Source: Flaccisagitta enflata
Taxonomy: Eukaryota
DNA: 64,000 bases
Reading direction: 5' to 3'
Assembly: GCA_965153355.1 (NCBI GenBank)
Contig: OZ231126.1
Coordinates: 15,066,001 to 15,130,000, forward strand
Position numbers and translations under genes: made by a program. The notes under the pieces are model-generated. The model saw nothing but the letters and a program-made list of their open reading frames with translations. It had not been told where the DNA came from and did not search any database. The first letter of the stretch is position 1; each line of letters opens with the position of its first letter. Below are positions 31,490 to 45,757 of this stretch, piece after piece.

Positions 31490-31685
31490 TTAAGTCGCGT
31501 GCACGCGACTCTACAACCTGCTTTGTCCGTCGGTCGGTTGGTCGGTCAGTTGGTTGGTCACACTTTACTTCTTTTTAGGATTTTAATTTTTGACCTCCCT
31601 GCTCCTGCCCAAATGGTCTGGTGACCTCAAATATGGCCCCTGCCCATCCGCACGTGACTTTGGTAGCCGTGTATCCAGCCTTGTT
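31490..31685 (+). mobile_element. Short DINE-1/HINE-like repeat (third family)
   Basis: AGTCGCGTGCACGCGACTCTAC hairpin, (GGTC)n tract; reverse copies at ~35745-35992 and ~13640-13696. Confidence 0.6.
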
Positions 31686-33451
31686 TCTCCCATCTGAGCA
31701 GTGGCGCTGAAGGAGCCGATGACCTATGGTCTCACTGTGAGAATTCCTAATTTCTAATTCTTCTTCCTCCTCTTCTCCTCCTTCTTCTCCTTCTCCTTCT
31801 CCCAATTAGGGCCACAGGGCTTTCGAGAGCTACTTTTGGGGTGATTGAGAGCTTTGCAGGGATCTCCAAATCATATCTATAATTTTGTTGCTTCTACCAT
31901 CATCAAAATCATTCTCCTCCTTCTCCAATTTGTAGGTAAATACAAGTAGGGCAGGAGACTCCTATCCTGCCTTAACCTCCGTGAGAATTACCACTAGTAA
32001 CTAGAGTTACATTCGATGAAAATCACTATAGCATGTAGCTATATTAAATAATACAAGTCCAAAGTCGACTAGGCTCTTTGGCCATTTATTATTAAGTCAA
32101 TAAACGAGACAGAGTGGCCTTTAAGACCAGAGCTCTCAGAGAGGAGTGAGAGCTTGGAGAGTGTCAGAATGTCCTTTGAGAGCTCTCACAGACTCTCAAA
32201 CTCTCTGAGAGCTCTCAAACTCTCAAAAGGCCCGTGGCCCTGCCTCCCTTCTCCCTCTCCTCCTTCTCCTCCTTCTCCTCCTCATTCTTACCGGGCTCGG
32301 CCCCTCCTCTTCAGGTCAGGGCTCAAATCCAAGTCTAAAGCTCCAATCCCAGCCTCAAGGCTCCAGTTCTTGCTCAAATCACATCCAGTTCTAGCCCCAA
32401 AATTCTGATCCCGGTGTTGATGCTCAAATCTGAGCCTCAAGGTTTCTCAATCTCAGCCTAAAAATCCAATCTTATCCTCAAGGCTCTAATCCCAATCTAA
32501 AGGCTCCAATCCTAGTCTCAAGGTTCAAATCCAGCTTCAAGGCTCAAATCTCAGTCTCAAGCTGAGACTCGAGGCTCCAACTTCCAGACTCTGTTATCAG
32601 TCTTAGGCTTGGGTTTCAGCCTCAGCGTGATAGCATAGATCGAAATCATTAGCCACTTGCTCTTTCACCAACTCATCCCAACATACTAACTAGTATTCCA
32701 TGGATTGCACATGGTCAGCGGTACCAGATGCCCTGCTTGGAGTGATCAAGTGAAGAAGTGGAATGAGAGCAGGGCAGCGGCTCCAAAAGGCCGATGTCCT
32801 GTAGGGCACAGGGGTGAGCCATTACATATGTCTGTCTGTCCATCTGTCTGTCTAGGAGGGCTAATTTTGGGCCTAAGAGACCTGATTTTGAGTGTAAGAT
32901 AGCTGATTTGAAGGCCAACTAGTCATCCAAGGATCGCACATGGCCAGTGTAACCCGATGCCCTGCCTGGAGTGGTTTGCTGAAGAAGTGGAGTGAGAGCA
33001 GGGCAGCGGCCCTAAAGAGCCAATGTCCTATAGGACACAGGGTGAATTTCCATACGTCTGTGAGGGTATATTTCTAGGCCCTAATCCCATCCTCGAGGCC
33101 TAAATCCCATCCTAGAGGCCCGAATCCCGTCCTCGAGGCGCAGATCACAGCCATGAGGCCCAAATCCCATCCCTGAGGTCCAAATCCCACGTCATCAGGC
33201 GCCAAATCCTTACGAAAAGCAGAATCCCGTCGGCTGGGCCAAATCCACGTCCTTGGGGCCCGAATCCCTGATATCGAGACCCCAAATCCCAGCGCAGAGA
33301 CCCGATTCTAGTCCCAGGAGGAGGAAAATTCACATGTGTGGCATGGAGTACGTCGGCGCTGGAACCCACATTTGCCTCTTTCACTCCTCAGCTGGCGACC
33401 TCTTGGGCAGGCACGGGTGCCATGACCATCTAACACTTTTTGCGACTATTT

Positions 33452-34231
33452 TTTCCCCTGACAGTTCTTGGTCCATCCCAGCTCCTCTCTCCACCCTCTC
33501 CTCACCCTACTTTTCCCTGACAGTTCTTGGTCCATCAGCTCCTCTCTCCCCCCGCTCCTCACTCCTTTTTTCCCTGACAGTTCTTGGTCCATCATCTCCT
33601 CTCTCCCACCCTCTCCTTACCCTGCTTTTCCCTGACAGTTCTTGGTCCATCAGCTCCTCTCTCCCACCCTCTCCTCACCCCGCTTTTCCCTGACAGTTCT
33701 TGGTCCATCAGCTCCTCTCTCCCACCCTCTCCTTACCCCACTTTTCCCTGACAGTTCTTGGTCCATCAGCTCCTCTCTCCCACCCTCTCCTTACCCCACT
33801 TTTCCCTGACAGTTCTTGGTCCATCAGCTCCTCTCTCCCACCCTCTCCTCACCCTGCTTTTCCCTGACAGTTCTTGGTCCATCAGCTCCTCTCTCCCACC
33901 CTCTCCTTACCCCACTTTTCCCTGACAGTTCTTGGTCCATCAGCTCCTCTCTCCCACCCTCTCCTCACCCTGCTTTTCCCTGACAGTTCTTGGTCCATCA
34001 GCTCCTTTCTCCCACCCTCTCCTTACCCCACTTTTCCCTGACAGTTCTTGGTCCATCAGCTCCTCTCTCCCACCCTCTCCTCACCCTGCTTTTCCCTGAC
34101 AGTTCTTGGTCCATCAGCTCCTTTCTCCCACCCTCTCCTTACCCCACTTTTCCCTGACAGTTCTTGGTCCATCAGCTCCTCTCTCCCACCCACTCCTCAC
34201 CCCGCTTTTCCCTGACAGTTCTTGGTCCATC
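33452..34231. repeat. 58-bp tandem repeat, ~13 copies
   Basis: Unit TTTTCCCTGACAGTTCTTGGTCCATCAGCTCCTCTCTCCCACCCTCTCC...; TGACAG recurs at 33691, 33749, 33807. Confidence 0.95.
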
Positions 34232-34888
34232 GCATCATCTCGACCTTCTCTTCCTTCTGTTACAAATCTCGAATTACAAATCGAGCAATTAAGCTAATGG
34301 CAATTATTGATCGCTTCATCAGTTCTTCTTCAGACTCTCTCTCTCCAAAAAACGAAAATGTGGAACAGAAGAAAGATAATGAACAGAAAGAAGGATGAGG
34401 AACAGAAAGAAAGATAATGAACAGACGAGTGAAATTTTGAAAACATCTCAGACACGGTATCTTCGGATTTTGGATTTCTCTGTGTGAAGCATATTGGGAT
34501 GATAAGAATAAACTGAGAACTATGGTGCGGCTTAGCAGGGGCAGTTATGCAAAAACTGCATGTAATTCAAGAGGATTAACGAGTTACGACTGATGAAAGG
34601 ACAGACATATGGACCGTCCGACCATCTTAGTGAACGACGTAGCGATGTACTGTACCAATAAAGGCGGCTCTCGCCGACCGGAAAAAAGTCGTAAATGGGA
34701 GTCTTTTTTTTCAGTGCGTTATTGCGTGTGTCATCACCGTATTTATGCAGTTGGTGCCTTACTTTGTTTTTGTCATTTAATCTATGCTGTGTCTCTTTTT
34801 AGTCTTCGCTGTCTTTGAGTCATGTTGTGTTTGTGTGTGTGTGTGTGTGTGCATTTCTCTTTACTTGCCCAACCCTGTTTGTTAGTCA

Positions 34889-34934
<46 letters not shown>

Positions 34935-36540
34935 TACTCTCTCTCCTCTGCTCTCTCTCTCTCTCTCTCTCTCTTTCTTTTTATCTCTGGCTGTCTCAAT
35001 ATGTGTGTGAATGTGTGTGTGGAGTGTGGCTGAGAATGTGTGTGTGTGGAGGGTGTGTGGCTCTCTTATACGCTTTTCTTTTCTGCTCTGCCTCTATAAC
35101 ACTATAAAGCGAGTAAGAGTGCAAAACCCTAATCGCCAAAGTTTGGGTCAATTTGTGTAACATCGCTGGCTTATTTTCTTTTTAAAGGCAAAAAGGGTGG
35201 ATCGGTAAAAATTTCGATTTTGCGAAAATGCGAAAAATTGAAAGATTCAAAATTCATAGCATAAAACTAATGGTGTAGAGACTTCTGGTTGGCGCCATTT
35301 GAAAGAGAAAAAAAAGCTCTTTCTTAGCTGTGAATATCAAAATATTACCACATTTTGAAATGAACAGAGCTTGCTAAAGTGCCAGACCCGAAATGGAAAA
35401 TTTCATTATAACGCGTTTCAAAGTCAGATTACATAATTCACTTTTTAACAACTAACTCCTTAGTCTGATTAGTCTCACATGCAGCCATAAATTCAAAGAT
35501 GTACTAATACTTGAATAAGAAGTCTGGAAAAGAAGAAAGAAGAAAGAAGAGAAGAAAGAGAGAAGAAGAAGAGAAAAGAAAAGAAAAGAAAAGAAAAGAA
35601 AAAAGAAGAAGAAAGAAGAAGAAGGAGAAGAAGAAGAAGAAGAAGAAGAAGAAGAAGAAGAAGAAGAAGCGAAAGTTGAAGAGAAGTAGAAAAGAAAAGA
35701 AGAAAAATGATAAGAAAAAATAAAAAAGAATGAGATGGATGGCTACCTTAGTCGCGTGCGGGTGGGCAGGAGCATTGCTGGAGAAGCTCACAAGGGCATC
35801 TGGACAGTAGTAGTATGCTCAAAAAGCTCAAAAACGCCAAAAAGTAAACAGGGGACCGACTGACCGACCTACCAACCGACCGCCCGACCGACTGACTGAC
35901 CAACAAATCGACTGATTGACCGACCGACCAACCAACCAACCAACCAACCCACCGACATAGCGGGGTGTAGAGTCGCGTAGCACGCGACTAAAAAGAAAAA
36001 AATAGAAATAGAAGAAGAAAAAGAGGAGAGGGGATGGAGAAAGAGAAAAAGAAAAGAAAAAAAAAGAGTTGTGGGGAGGTTTTTGAGTGGGGCACCAAGA
36101 ATGGAACTAATTGCTCAGTCTCTGACCTATATTTTTACATAGGCCATTAATATTGACTGACAAATATGGTAAAATTGCACAATGGCTGTCTTTGAGTGGT
36201 TGTGCGCGGCAATAAGTGGCCTCTTCAAGTCTCTTCAAGCCTCGTGCCCTAATCTTCCCTCATATGTATGTGTGTGTTGGGGGGGGGAGGGGTTACCGGT
36301 TGGTCTCAGGGCGCATTAACACAGGACCCAATCTGACCGTCTTCTTGCTTATTTTGCTCGTTTTTTTTCCAACTTTGTACTTCAGTACTTCTCTTCCTTC
36401 CAACACTGTCCCTTATCTTTTGTCTGTCTGTTGGTCTGTATATTTGCGTAACTGTGATTTCCGTCTATCTGTCTGTCGATGTGGCTGATTCATGACTGTC
36501 ACTGTCTGTCTGTCTGTCAATGTCTGTCCGTCTGTCCTTC

Positions 36541-36668
<128 letters not shown>

Positions 36669-36967
36669 TTGACATCGATTGTCTCTCACCCACACACAGA
36701 CACACACACACACGCACTTATATTCATCCATTACGACCTCCTCGCCTTCCTTGCAATGGTCATTGGTTCCTCCCTTTTCCTCCCTTGCATAATCACTCAA
36801 CCATCCCCTTTTTTAAGTCTTTTCTCTTTCCTTTCTCTTTTCCCTTTTCTTTCTTTCTTCTTCCTTATTTTCTTTTCCCAAACATTGACTTCTCTTTTTC
36901 TGCCCATTGGTCGCCGAATTTTCTTGAATACATCATGGTCCGTTCTTCGTGTCTCTCCTGCTTCCCT

Positions 36968-37075
<108 letters not shown>

Positions 37076-37406
37076 TTATTTCTCCCCTTCGGCCAGATTA
37101 ATTCATGCATGAGGAAAAGTGAGCAAGGGGTAGTAGCCGCAACTGAAAAATCGCAGTGTTGGGAGAGGAGGAAGAAGGAGAAGAAGAGGAAGAAGGAAAA
37201 AAAAAAGAATAAGAAAAACAAGTGGAAGCAGAAAAAAAAAAGAAGAAACATCAGAAAAAGAAGAAGAAGAAGAAGAAGAAGAAGAAGAAGAAGAAGAAGA
37301 AGAAGGAGAAGAAGAAGAAGAAGAAGGAGAAGAAGAAGAAGAAGAAGAAGAAGAAGAAGAAGAAGAAGAAGAAGAAGAAGAAGAAGAAGAAGAAGAAGGA
37401 GAAGAA

Positions 37407-37441
<35 letters not shown>

Positions 37442-40143
37442 AGAAGAAAAAGAAAAGAAAGGAAAGAAACGGAGCAAGAGGAAGAGGGAGACAGGGTCGG
37501 TTATTGAACAATGAGTCTATTGTGAGCTGAGATGGAAAAAGGCAATTGGTCTGTTTAGCACCAGCAGCGGCGATGTCCATCTTGACACAAGCAACAATGT
37601 TTTTCCTCTTTTGTGACGTCAACATCTTTCTGCAATTCATTGATTTTTGCAAAACATCTCTGAACATAAAAACAAGCCCAGGCGGGCAACTAGATGCGTC
37701 ATCTGCGTGATATAAGAGGAGACGGACAGACGGACGGACGGATGAACGGAAGGACGGACAGACCCTCTTATAGAGATGGGATGACGCATCTAAAAACACC
37801 AGCAGGACGATGTTCAGCATTGCCTAGCGCTTAAGTACTGACCATGGACTGAAAATGAATGAATCATATGGAATTTATATCATATTCAGATGTGTCGATG
37901 GATGAATGAATGAATAAAGGATTGATTCTCTCATTCATTGATTGGTTATTCTTCTGATAGAATGTATACTCAGACGATTGGAAGGATTTGACGAATAATC
38001 GGATATGAAAAATAACTTATAAATATGAAAAATAACTTATAAATATGAAAAAAAAACTTATAAAATAACTTATAAAATAACTTACAAAATAACATATAAA
38101 TATGAAAAATAACTTATAAAATGCAACAAATGGGATATTGATTGAATAAATAGTTGACTCTATCAGTTCCGCCATGTCCCTCATGAGCTCACTTCCAGCC
38201 AATTTTTTATGTCTTTTTTGCATCCAGAGTTGGACCGACCCTAAATCCTTTTAAAAGGCAATTTTGTTCCTTAATCTGCTTCCATTTGTGAAGCATCTAA
38301 AATCTCTCTTCCGTCTTTCCATTTCTTCCCATCTTCACACATTTTTGTCCTTACTTTATCCCGAATTTCCTGAGTTTTTTTCATCTTACCCCCTTTTTTT
38401 CTTTTTCAAAAAAAGAAAATATTCTGTTTTTTCCTTGAAATTTTCAAATTAGTGAGGATTTGATCCTCATAATCTGTGACCGACTTCTGGCGCTTGACTT
38501 CACTTTTTTCTCTACTCTTCTTTTTTTCTTTACTCTTCTTCTTTTTTCCACTCTTCTTCTTTTTTCGACTCTTCTTCTTTTCTATTTTTCCTTGATTTGG
38601 AAATGTGCCCAATTTTGAGCCCCGAGTTTGGATCCAAATCACGGTTTCCATTCAAAAACTCCCAAAATCTTCGCCTTAATTTGCTTCCTCTTTCTCTTTC
38701 TCGACCCCCTTTCCTCTTCCCCTTTTCCACCACCTTTTCTTCTGCCTCCTTCTCCTCTTCCTCTTCCTCCTTCAGTTTGTTTCCTCTTTGCCACTTCTTC
38801 TTCATCGCCTTCACACTTTTGCGATCTACATGAAATGAATCATTTACTGCCTCCCTCCGTCCCCCCTTTTCTCTCTCCCTCTCATCATCCCACTCCCCTT
38901 TCCCCTCTCGGCTCTCGCATCAGTCCTCTACCCGCTCCCATCTCCTATGGTCCCTCCCCCCTTCCCATCTCGCATCTTTCCTTTAAGCTCTTAAATCTCC
39001 CCTTTATTCTCTCCCCTTTTCCCTCTCCCCTCTTTCCTCTTCCCTTTCACCTCATTCCACTCCTCCCCTCCTGTCTTTCTCTCTCTCTCCCATCTTCACC
39101 ACATCAAAGTCTTTCTTGCGTAACCCAAGTTTCCTCGCCCCCTCTCCCTCTGCTAAGCCGGCGGACATTTCAAATTCCGGATGTACTGTCTACATAGTCT
39201 ACAGTTTATACAGTCTGCAGTTTACTCAGTCTACAGTTTACACAGACTACAGTCCATACAGTTTAGAGACTACAGTTAACACACTCTACAGCCTTCAGAG
39301 TCTTCAGCGGTTTACACCGGCGATGATGCGGGATCATCGCATTTTATTTTGCATGACTTCATTTGATCTCAAATGAAGAGTGAAGGTCTAACATAAAAGT
39401 TTCAACTGACCCTTAGTGTAGGTACAAATAACGGACGGTAAGACAGATAAGATTAACGAGGATAGAGACTCTATTAGAGAATAAGGGATAAGCAGATAAG
39501 CGTTGGAAGAACTGACAGAAGCGTACCAAACCATGGCACAAAAATAAATAAAAAACAAGGCCAAGTAGGCTGAAAAGGTTCGTCATCGCCATCGAATAAA
39601 TGCGTCACCAACCAACCAACCGACCGACGGACACAGACAATTATAGAGGTGCTTTGGTGCACCTAAAAAACCTTATGGACTCTAGAAAACAAAACGCCCC
39701 ATCTCACGATCTTGCAAGCTGCGTTACTGTTTTGAAATAGTCTAATAACTCGCATCCAAGGGCTTTTATTTCTCTCGAGCATTTCTTTCATAAAAAGGCG
39801 TTGAAAAATGCCATCCAAAAAATGCAATCAGAAAATGCTTCATCAATTGCCTCAGAGGCACGTCTTCTTTTTTTGTTCTTTTTTTTTTTTTTTTTTTTTG
39901 TTCTTTTTTTTCCGTTCTTCTTTTTTTTTATTGTCTTCATCTTTATAGCTATCCGATAACCATCTGACCTCTTTTTATTGTTTTCCTTTTCAACGCTTTT
40001 GATGCTTCACCCGAATAGTTCACAGTCGGCTTCTCCGTGTTTGTGTCTCTTCGGCTGTGTGTTTGACTGTCTGTGCTGTGTCTGTGCTGTGTCTGTGCTG
40101 TGTCTGTGCTGTGTCTGTGCTGTGTCTGTGCTGCGTTTGTCTG

Positions 40144-40243
<100 letters not shown>

Positions 40244-40387
40244 TTACATCGCCTAAGGCACGTTTCAATCCGCATTTTACAATTTTGGGGCCAAGTCCAA
40301 TAAAAGGTCATTTTTCTAGGGGGAACAAATTAAGAAGTATTTCATGCTATACCAGACTTAAGAATTTTCATCGCCCAAGTCAATAAG

Positions 40388-40905
40388 AGAGATACAACCA
40401 GAGATACAACCAAGGAGAAACAACCAGCGTGATACAACCAGCGTGATACAACCAGCGTGATACAACCAGCGTGATACAACCAGCGTGATACAACCAGCGT
40501 GATACAACCAACTTGATACAACCAGCGTGATACATCCAGCGTGATACATCTAGTGTGATATAAACAGCGTAGTACAACCAAAGTGATACAAACAGCATGG
40601 TACCACCAACTTGATACAGCCAGCGTGATACAGCCAATGTGATACAACCATCGTGATACAACCATCGTGATACAACCATCGTGATACAACCAGCGTAATA
40701 CAACCAGCGTAATACAACCAGCGTAATACAACCAGCGTGATACAACCAGCGTAATACAACCAGTGTGATTCAACCAGCGTGATACAACCAGCGTAACACA
40801 ACCAGCGTAACACAACCAGCGTAACACAACCAGCGTAATACAACCAGCGTGATACAACCAGCGTGATACAACCAGCATAGTACAAGCAGCGTGATACAAC
40901 CTGGC
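40388..40905. repeat. 14-bp tandem array GATACAACCAGCGT
   Basis: Directly visible. Confidence 0.95.
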
Positions 40906-40979
40906 AGATACAATGGGAGGTTGCTGGTCGTTCTTTGTCCTAGGAAGGTTGCCGGTTGTTCTTTGTCCTTTGCAAGTGT

Positions 40980-41400
40980 TTCTTGTCCCCAATAGATATT
41001 GCTTGTCCCCAATAGATAATACTTGTCCCCAATAGATAATACTTGTCCCCAATAGATAATACTTGTCCCCAATAGATAATACTTGTCCCCAATAGATAAT
41101 ACTTGTCCCCAATAGATAATACTTGTCCCCAATAGATAGTACTTGTCCCCAATAGATAGTACTTGTCCCCAATAGATATTACTTGTCCCCGATTCATATT
41201 GCTAGTCCCCTGTAAGTGTTGCCTGTCCCCAATAGATGTCGCTTGTCCCCAATAGATGTCACATGTCCCCAATAAGTGTCGCCTGTCCCCAATAAGTGTC
41301 GACTGTCCCCAATAACTGTTGGCTGACCCCAATAAGTGTTGCCTGTCCCCGATAAGTGTTGCCTGTCCCCAAAAAGTGTTGCTTGTCCCTGATAAGTGTC
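40980..41400. repeat. 20-bp tandem array ACTTGTCCCCAATAGATAAT
   Basis: Directly visible. Confidence 0.95.
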
Positions 41401-41527
41401 ATCCATCCCCATCATCTCTCTGATTGGTGTACTTTCTTTTTCTGCTTAATTTTATCTGTAATGGATTTTGAGTCGCATGCTGACACAATTTTCACGCCTT
41501 TGATAGGAACAAGTCTTTAAAGTGAAA

Positions 41528-44500
41528 ATGGCAGAATTAACTGACTCTCAAAAGATAAAAAGCGCCAGGTCAATTTTGAAGGAAGTGCTTGACAGTACGG
41601 AGAAGAAGGAATCTGATATGGAGCTACTGGAAGTCCACAGAGGTTAGTTGTATTGTTGAAAACTTCTTAGTCTTTATTCACAAAAAGAATTGCAGCTTGT
41701 GTTGAAATACAGGAATAATGTTTTATTCTGTTTACCATAATTCAGGGAATGTGTCAAAGCTTCGCAAAGTCGCCGGTACTTTTCTTCTTGGACGCATACG
41801 GGATTGGAAAAGAATTCTCTCCCTCAAAATTGCACTACCCTCAAGTGCCGCCACTGTTTCAGGATTGCTTGATGCTTTGCACAGGTAATGTTTGATATTA
41901 TTTCTGAATAATTTACTTGGTTCCCGTAGGATTAGCTTGTCCCCCGATTTATCTTATACCTCATAAATATGCCTTTTTCCTCAGCATTCTTGTATCCCAT
42001 CAGTGTTCCACCACCTCCACCAGTATTTTTTGCAGCTTGTCCCCATCAGTCTTGCTTCTCCCTATCAGTCTTGCTTGTCCCCATCAGTTTTGCTTGTCCC
42101 CATCAGTCTTGCTTAGACCCATCAGTTTTGCTAAGACCCATCAGTCTTGATTAGACCCATCAGTCTTGTTTGTCCCCATCAGTCTTGCTTGTCCCCTTCA
42201 ATCTTGCTTGTCCCCTTCAATCTTGCTTTTCCCCTTCAATCTTGCTTATCCCCTTCAATATTGCTTATCCCCATCATTCTTTCTTGTCCCCATCATCCCT
42301 GCATCAGTCTTGCTTGTCCCTATCAGTCTTGCTTGTCCACACTAGTCTTACTATTCTCCATGAGTCTTGCTCGTCCCCATCCATCTTACCCTCATCAGTC
42401 TTACATGTCCCTATTTGTCTATTGGTTTAGCTTGTCCCCATTTGTCCTGCGTGTCCCCATTGGTTTTGGGTTTTGCCTGTCCCCATTGGTTTTGCGTGTC
42501 CCCATTGGTTTTGCGTGTCCCCATTGGTTTTGCGTGTCCCCATTGGTCTTGCGTGTCCCCATTGGTCTTGCGTGTCCCCATTGGTCTTGCGTGTCCCCAT
42601 TGGTCTTGCGTGTCCCCATTGGTCTTGCGTGTCCCTATCCATCATGCATGTCCTCATCCATCTTGCGTGTCCCCATCCATCTTGCGTGTCCCCATCCATC
42701 TTGCGTGTCCCCATCCATCTTGCGTGTCCCCATCCATCTTGCGTGTCCCCATCCATCTTGCGTTTCTCCATCCATCTTGCGTGTCCCCATCCATCTTGCG
42801 TGTCCCCATCCATCCTGCGTGTCCCCATCCATCCTGCGTGTCCCCATCCATCTTGCGTGTCCCCATCCATCTTGCGTGTCCCCATCCATCTTGCGTGTCC
42901 CCATCTATCTTGCATGTCCCCATCTATCTTGCGTGTCCCCATCCATCTTGCGTGTCCCCATCCATCTTGCGTGTCCCCATCCATCTTGCGTGTCCCCATC
43001 CATCTTGCGTGTCCCCATCCATCTTGCGTGTCCCCATCCATCTTGCGTGTCCCCATCCATCTTGCGTGTCCCCATCCATCTTGCGTGTCCCCATCCATCT
43101 TGCGTGTCCCCATCCATCTTGCGTGTCCCCATCCATCTTGCGTGTCCCCATCCATCTTGCGTGTCCCCATCCATCTTTCGTGTCCCCATCCATCTTGCAT
43201 GTCCCCATCCATCTTACGTGTCCCCATCCATCTTACATGTCCCCATCCATCTTACATGTCCCCATTGAAATATTGCTCACTCTCACTTGCCCCTTTTAAT
43301 CTACATTGCTCCTCCTTATTGTCTTTTATCATATCCACTCTTATTTATTTTTTCTGTTCACCCTTTCACTTTATTTTAGCCTCGAAATGAAGTTGGCCGA
43401 GATTCAGAGCTCCAAATCAATCAAGCATGATGCTGCCATTGAAGAGATGGAAAAGCTGTCCAAATTGCTGGAGAACATGGACATTCCAAGCAAAGTCACC
43501 ACTTCCCCGCCATCAATGGTTGCAGCAGTTGGAACAAAGATTCCAAAAGGTTTGCATTTTTTTAACCCCAAAAAATTTACTCAGGATGTCGTCTCAAGAT
43601 GTCAACCCTAAAAGTCACCTGAAAAAGTTACCTGTATAAGTCACCCAATAAAGTAACCCAATATAGTCACCCAAAAAAGTCACCCAATAGTGCTTAAAAA
43701 TGTCAACCCAAAAACTCAATCCAAAAATGTCAACTTAAAAAATTCACTCAAAAAAGTCACCCAAAAAAGTCACCCAAAAAGTCACCCAAAAAGTCACCCA
43801 AAAAAGTCACCCAAAAAAGTCACCCAAAAAAGTCATCCAAAAAAGTCATCCAATATTGTTCACCAATGGTAACCCAAAAGGTCAACTTGAAAAAGTCAAC
43901 CAGTCAACCCAAAAAAGTTAAATCATCTCAAAATGTTGATGAATTCATGTATCGCTCTTGATTCTGCCTAGCATTGATTTATTGCCATTCATTGTTTGAA
44001 ATTGTCACCCAGGTCTGCAATTTATGTATTCACACTTAGACTAAATTTGTTTTTCATTCATATCAGCTCCAACCAAATTGGCGGCCAAGGCCATTCCGGA
44101 TCTTCTTTCCCTGCCTCTTCCGCCTACGTCAGCCAGCACCTCATTGGTCACAGAGCCCAAGTCATCAACATCATCGCACAAAGGGGAGAAATCAACATCA
44201 TCCTCCAAAAGGGAGAAATCTCCACTTCCCGGGTAAATTGTCAGGGTGTGCTGCAAGTGTGATGTAAAAACCAGAGCTGTCTTTGACTGTTTTGTGGAAG
44301 GAAGGTATGCAATTAAAAATTATTTGGTCAAACATTTCTTATTGTATCTACTATTAGGAATTCCAAAAAAGTGACCCCATCTAGAGAATTGTTTGAAGAG
44401 AAGATGAGCAAGAAGACCAAAGAAAAGGATGAAAGCAAGGACAAAAGCAAGGATGGCCATGAGGAGAGGAAAGAGAGATCTAAGAAGAAAAGGAGCAACA

Positions 44501-45315
44501 ATAGCAACGATGAGGATCCAGCAAAGAGAAAGAAGAAAGAGGAGGAAGAATCCACAAAGACCACAATGACGCGTTGTCGCAATATTGATGACAGCGCTTC
44601 TACTTCAAAGCCAAACAGTTGCGACAAAGGCACAGGTATCTTTGTTTTTATCTCTATTTCTGATAACTGAAAATGAAGCCAATTATCCTTTGCACAGCGT
44701 CAATTAGTAATTGGTGATCCTTTTCATCGCCAGGTCTTGGAAATTCTGAAAATGCCAAGTTCTCCGAGTTGTGGAAGAATAATGCAGATGTGCGGAAAAA
44801 TTGCGAAGCTTTTATGGGTGAGTATTTTCTATTTTGATAAGCATATACATTGATGCTGTCCTATTTTGATAAGCATTCTATTTTGATAAGCATAAACATT
44901 GATGCTGCCCTTGAAAAAACTCATTGCAACTCTTTTAATTGCAGCTGCGGAACTGGCGAAACATGAGGCCGAGGGGGCGAAAAAGGACAAAGTTCAAGGA
45001 GATCACGTTAAGGATGGCAATGGTGACGAGGACAACGAGAAGAAAGAGGGCAAGGATGATGAATCCCAACTCCAATGCGACCCTTGCAACCAGAGTTTCG
45101 CTAATCGTGGTGCCCTAAGGAAGCACATGCGCGAGATACACGAGGGAGTTGAACCTTGGCCCTGCAAAGACCCAAACTGCGATTATACAAACCGAGACAA
45201 AGGACGCTTGAACCATCACATGAACCAGAAACATGCTGCCACCACATCTCCTTATCCTAAGGCACTGAAACGTTCTGCTTTGGCCAGCTACTTTAAGGCC
45301 AAAAAGCTTGCTTAA
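41528..45315 (+). CDS. C2H2 zinc-finger protein, ~440 aa, 7 exons (41528-41642, 41746-41884, 43380-43549, 44067-44232, 44358-44635, 44734-44817, 44945-45315)
   Basis: Phase-compatible GT-AG junctions total 1323 nt. C-terminal CDPCNQSFANRGALRKHMREIH and CKDPNCDYTNRDKGRLNHHMNQKH; Lys/Glu-rich middle. Confidence 0.8.
42030..43265. repeat. 19-bp intronic tandem array CTTGCGTGTCCCCATCCAT
   Basis: Directly visible; shares the TGTCCCCA core with the 20-bp array. Confidence 0.95.
43610..43920. repeat. 12-13-bp intronic array AAAAAGTCACCC
   Basis: Directly visible. Confidence 0.9.
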
Positions 45316-45757
45316 GGCCTTGTTTTTTAGGACTGATTATGTCCTGGTGATTTTGTATATATGTTATTTCCATGATGATTCTTACCATTTTTTGGAAGTT
45401 TTTCTTTCTCTCAATCAATTCTGCCCCTCGTGTATTTTTCATATCTCACTTGGATGCCTATATCTCCTAGTTTCTCTCAACTGAAAGATCCCTTAATTCA
45501 AAGCTGCATTATCCTCTTGTCCTCCCTATCTGAACTGCTGCTTTATCCCCTTGCCCTATTTTGCCACAATTGCTGCCTAATCCCCATTTCCCTTCTATGG
45601 CAACTGCTAACTTATCCTCTGGTACCCTTTTATCCCAACTGTGGCTTTATCGCCTGGTTCTCATTTGCCAACTGCTGCCTAATCCCCTTATCCTCTTTTG
45701 TGCCAACTGCTGCCTAATCCCCTTGTCCTCTGTTGTGCCAACTGCTGCTTAATCCCT

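Noticed and set aside
40248-40315. Possible minus-strand exon (good GTAAGT donor) that might belong to the PH gene
   Set aside because: Only one open frame, no recognisable homology, and no phase-compatible link established
40388-43265. Regular repeat arrays as CRISPR
   Set aside because: Head-to-tail units with no unique spacers, eukaryotic context, no cas genes
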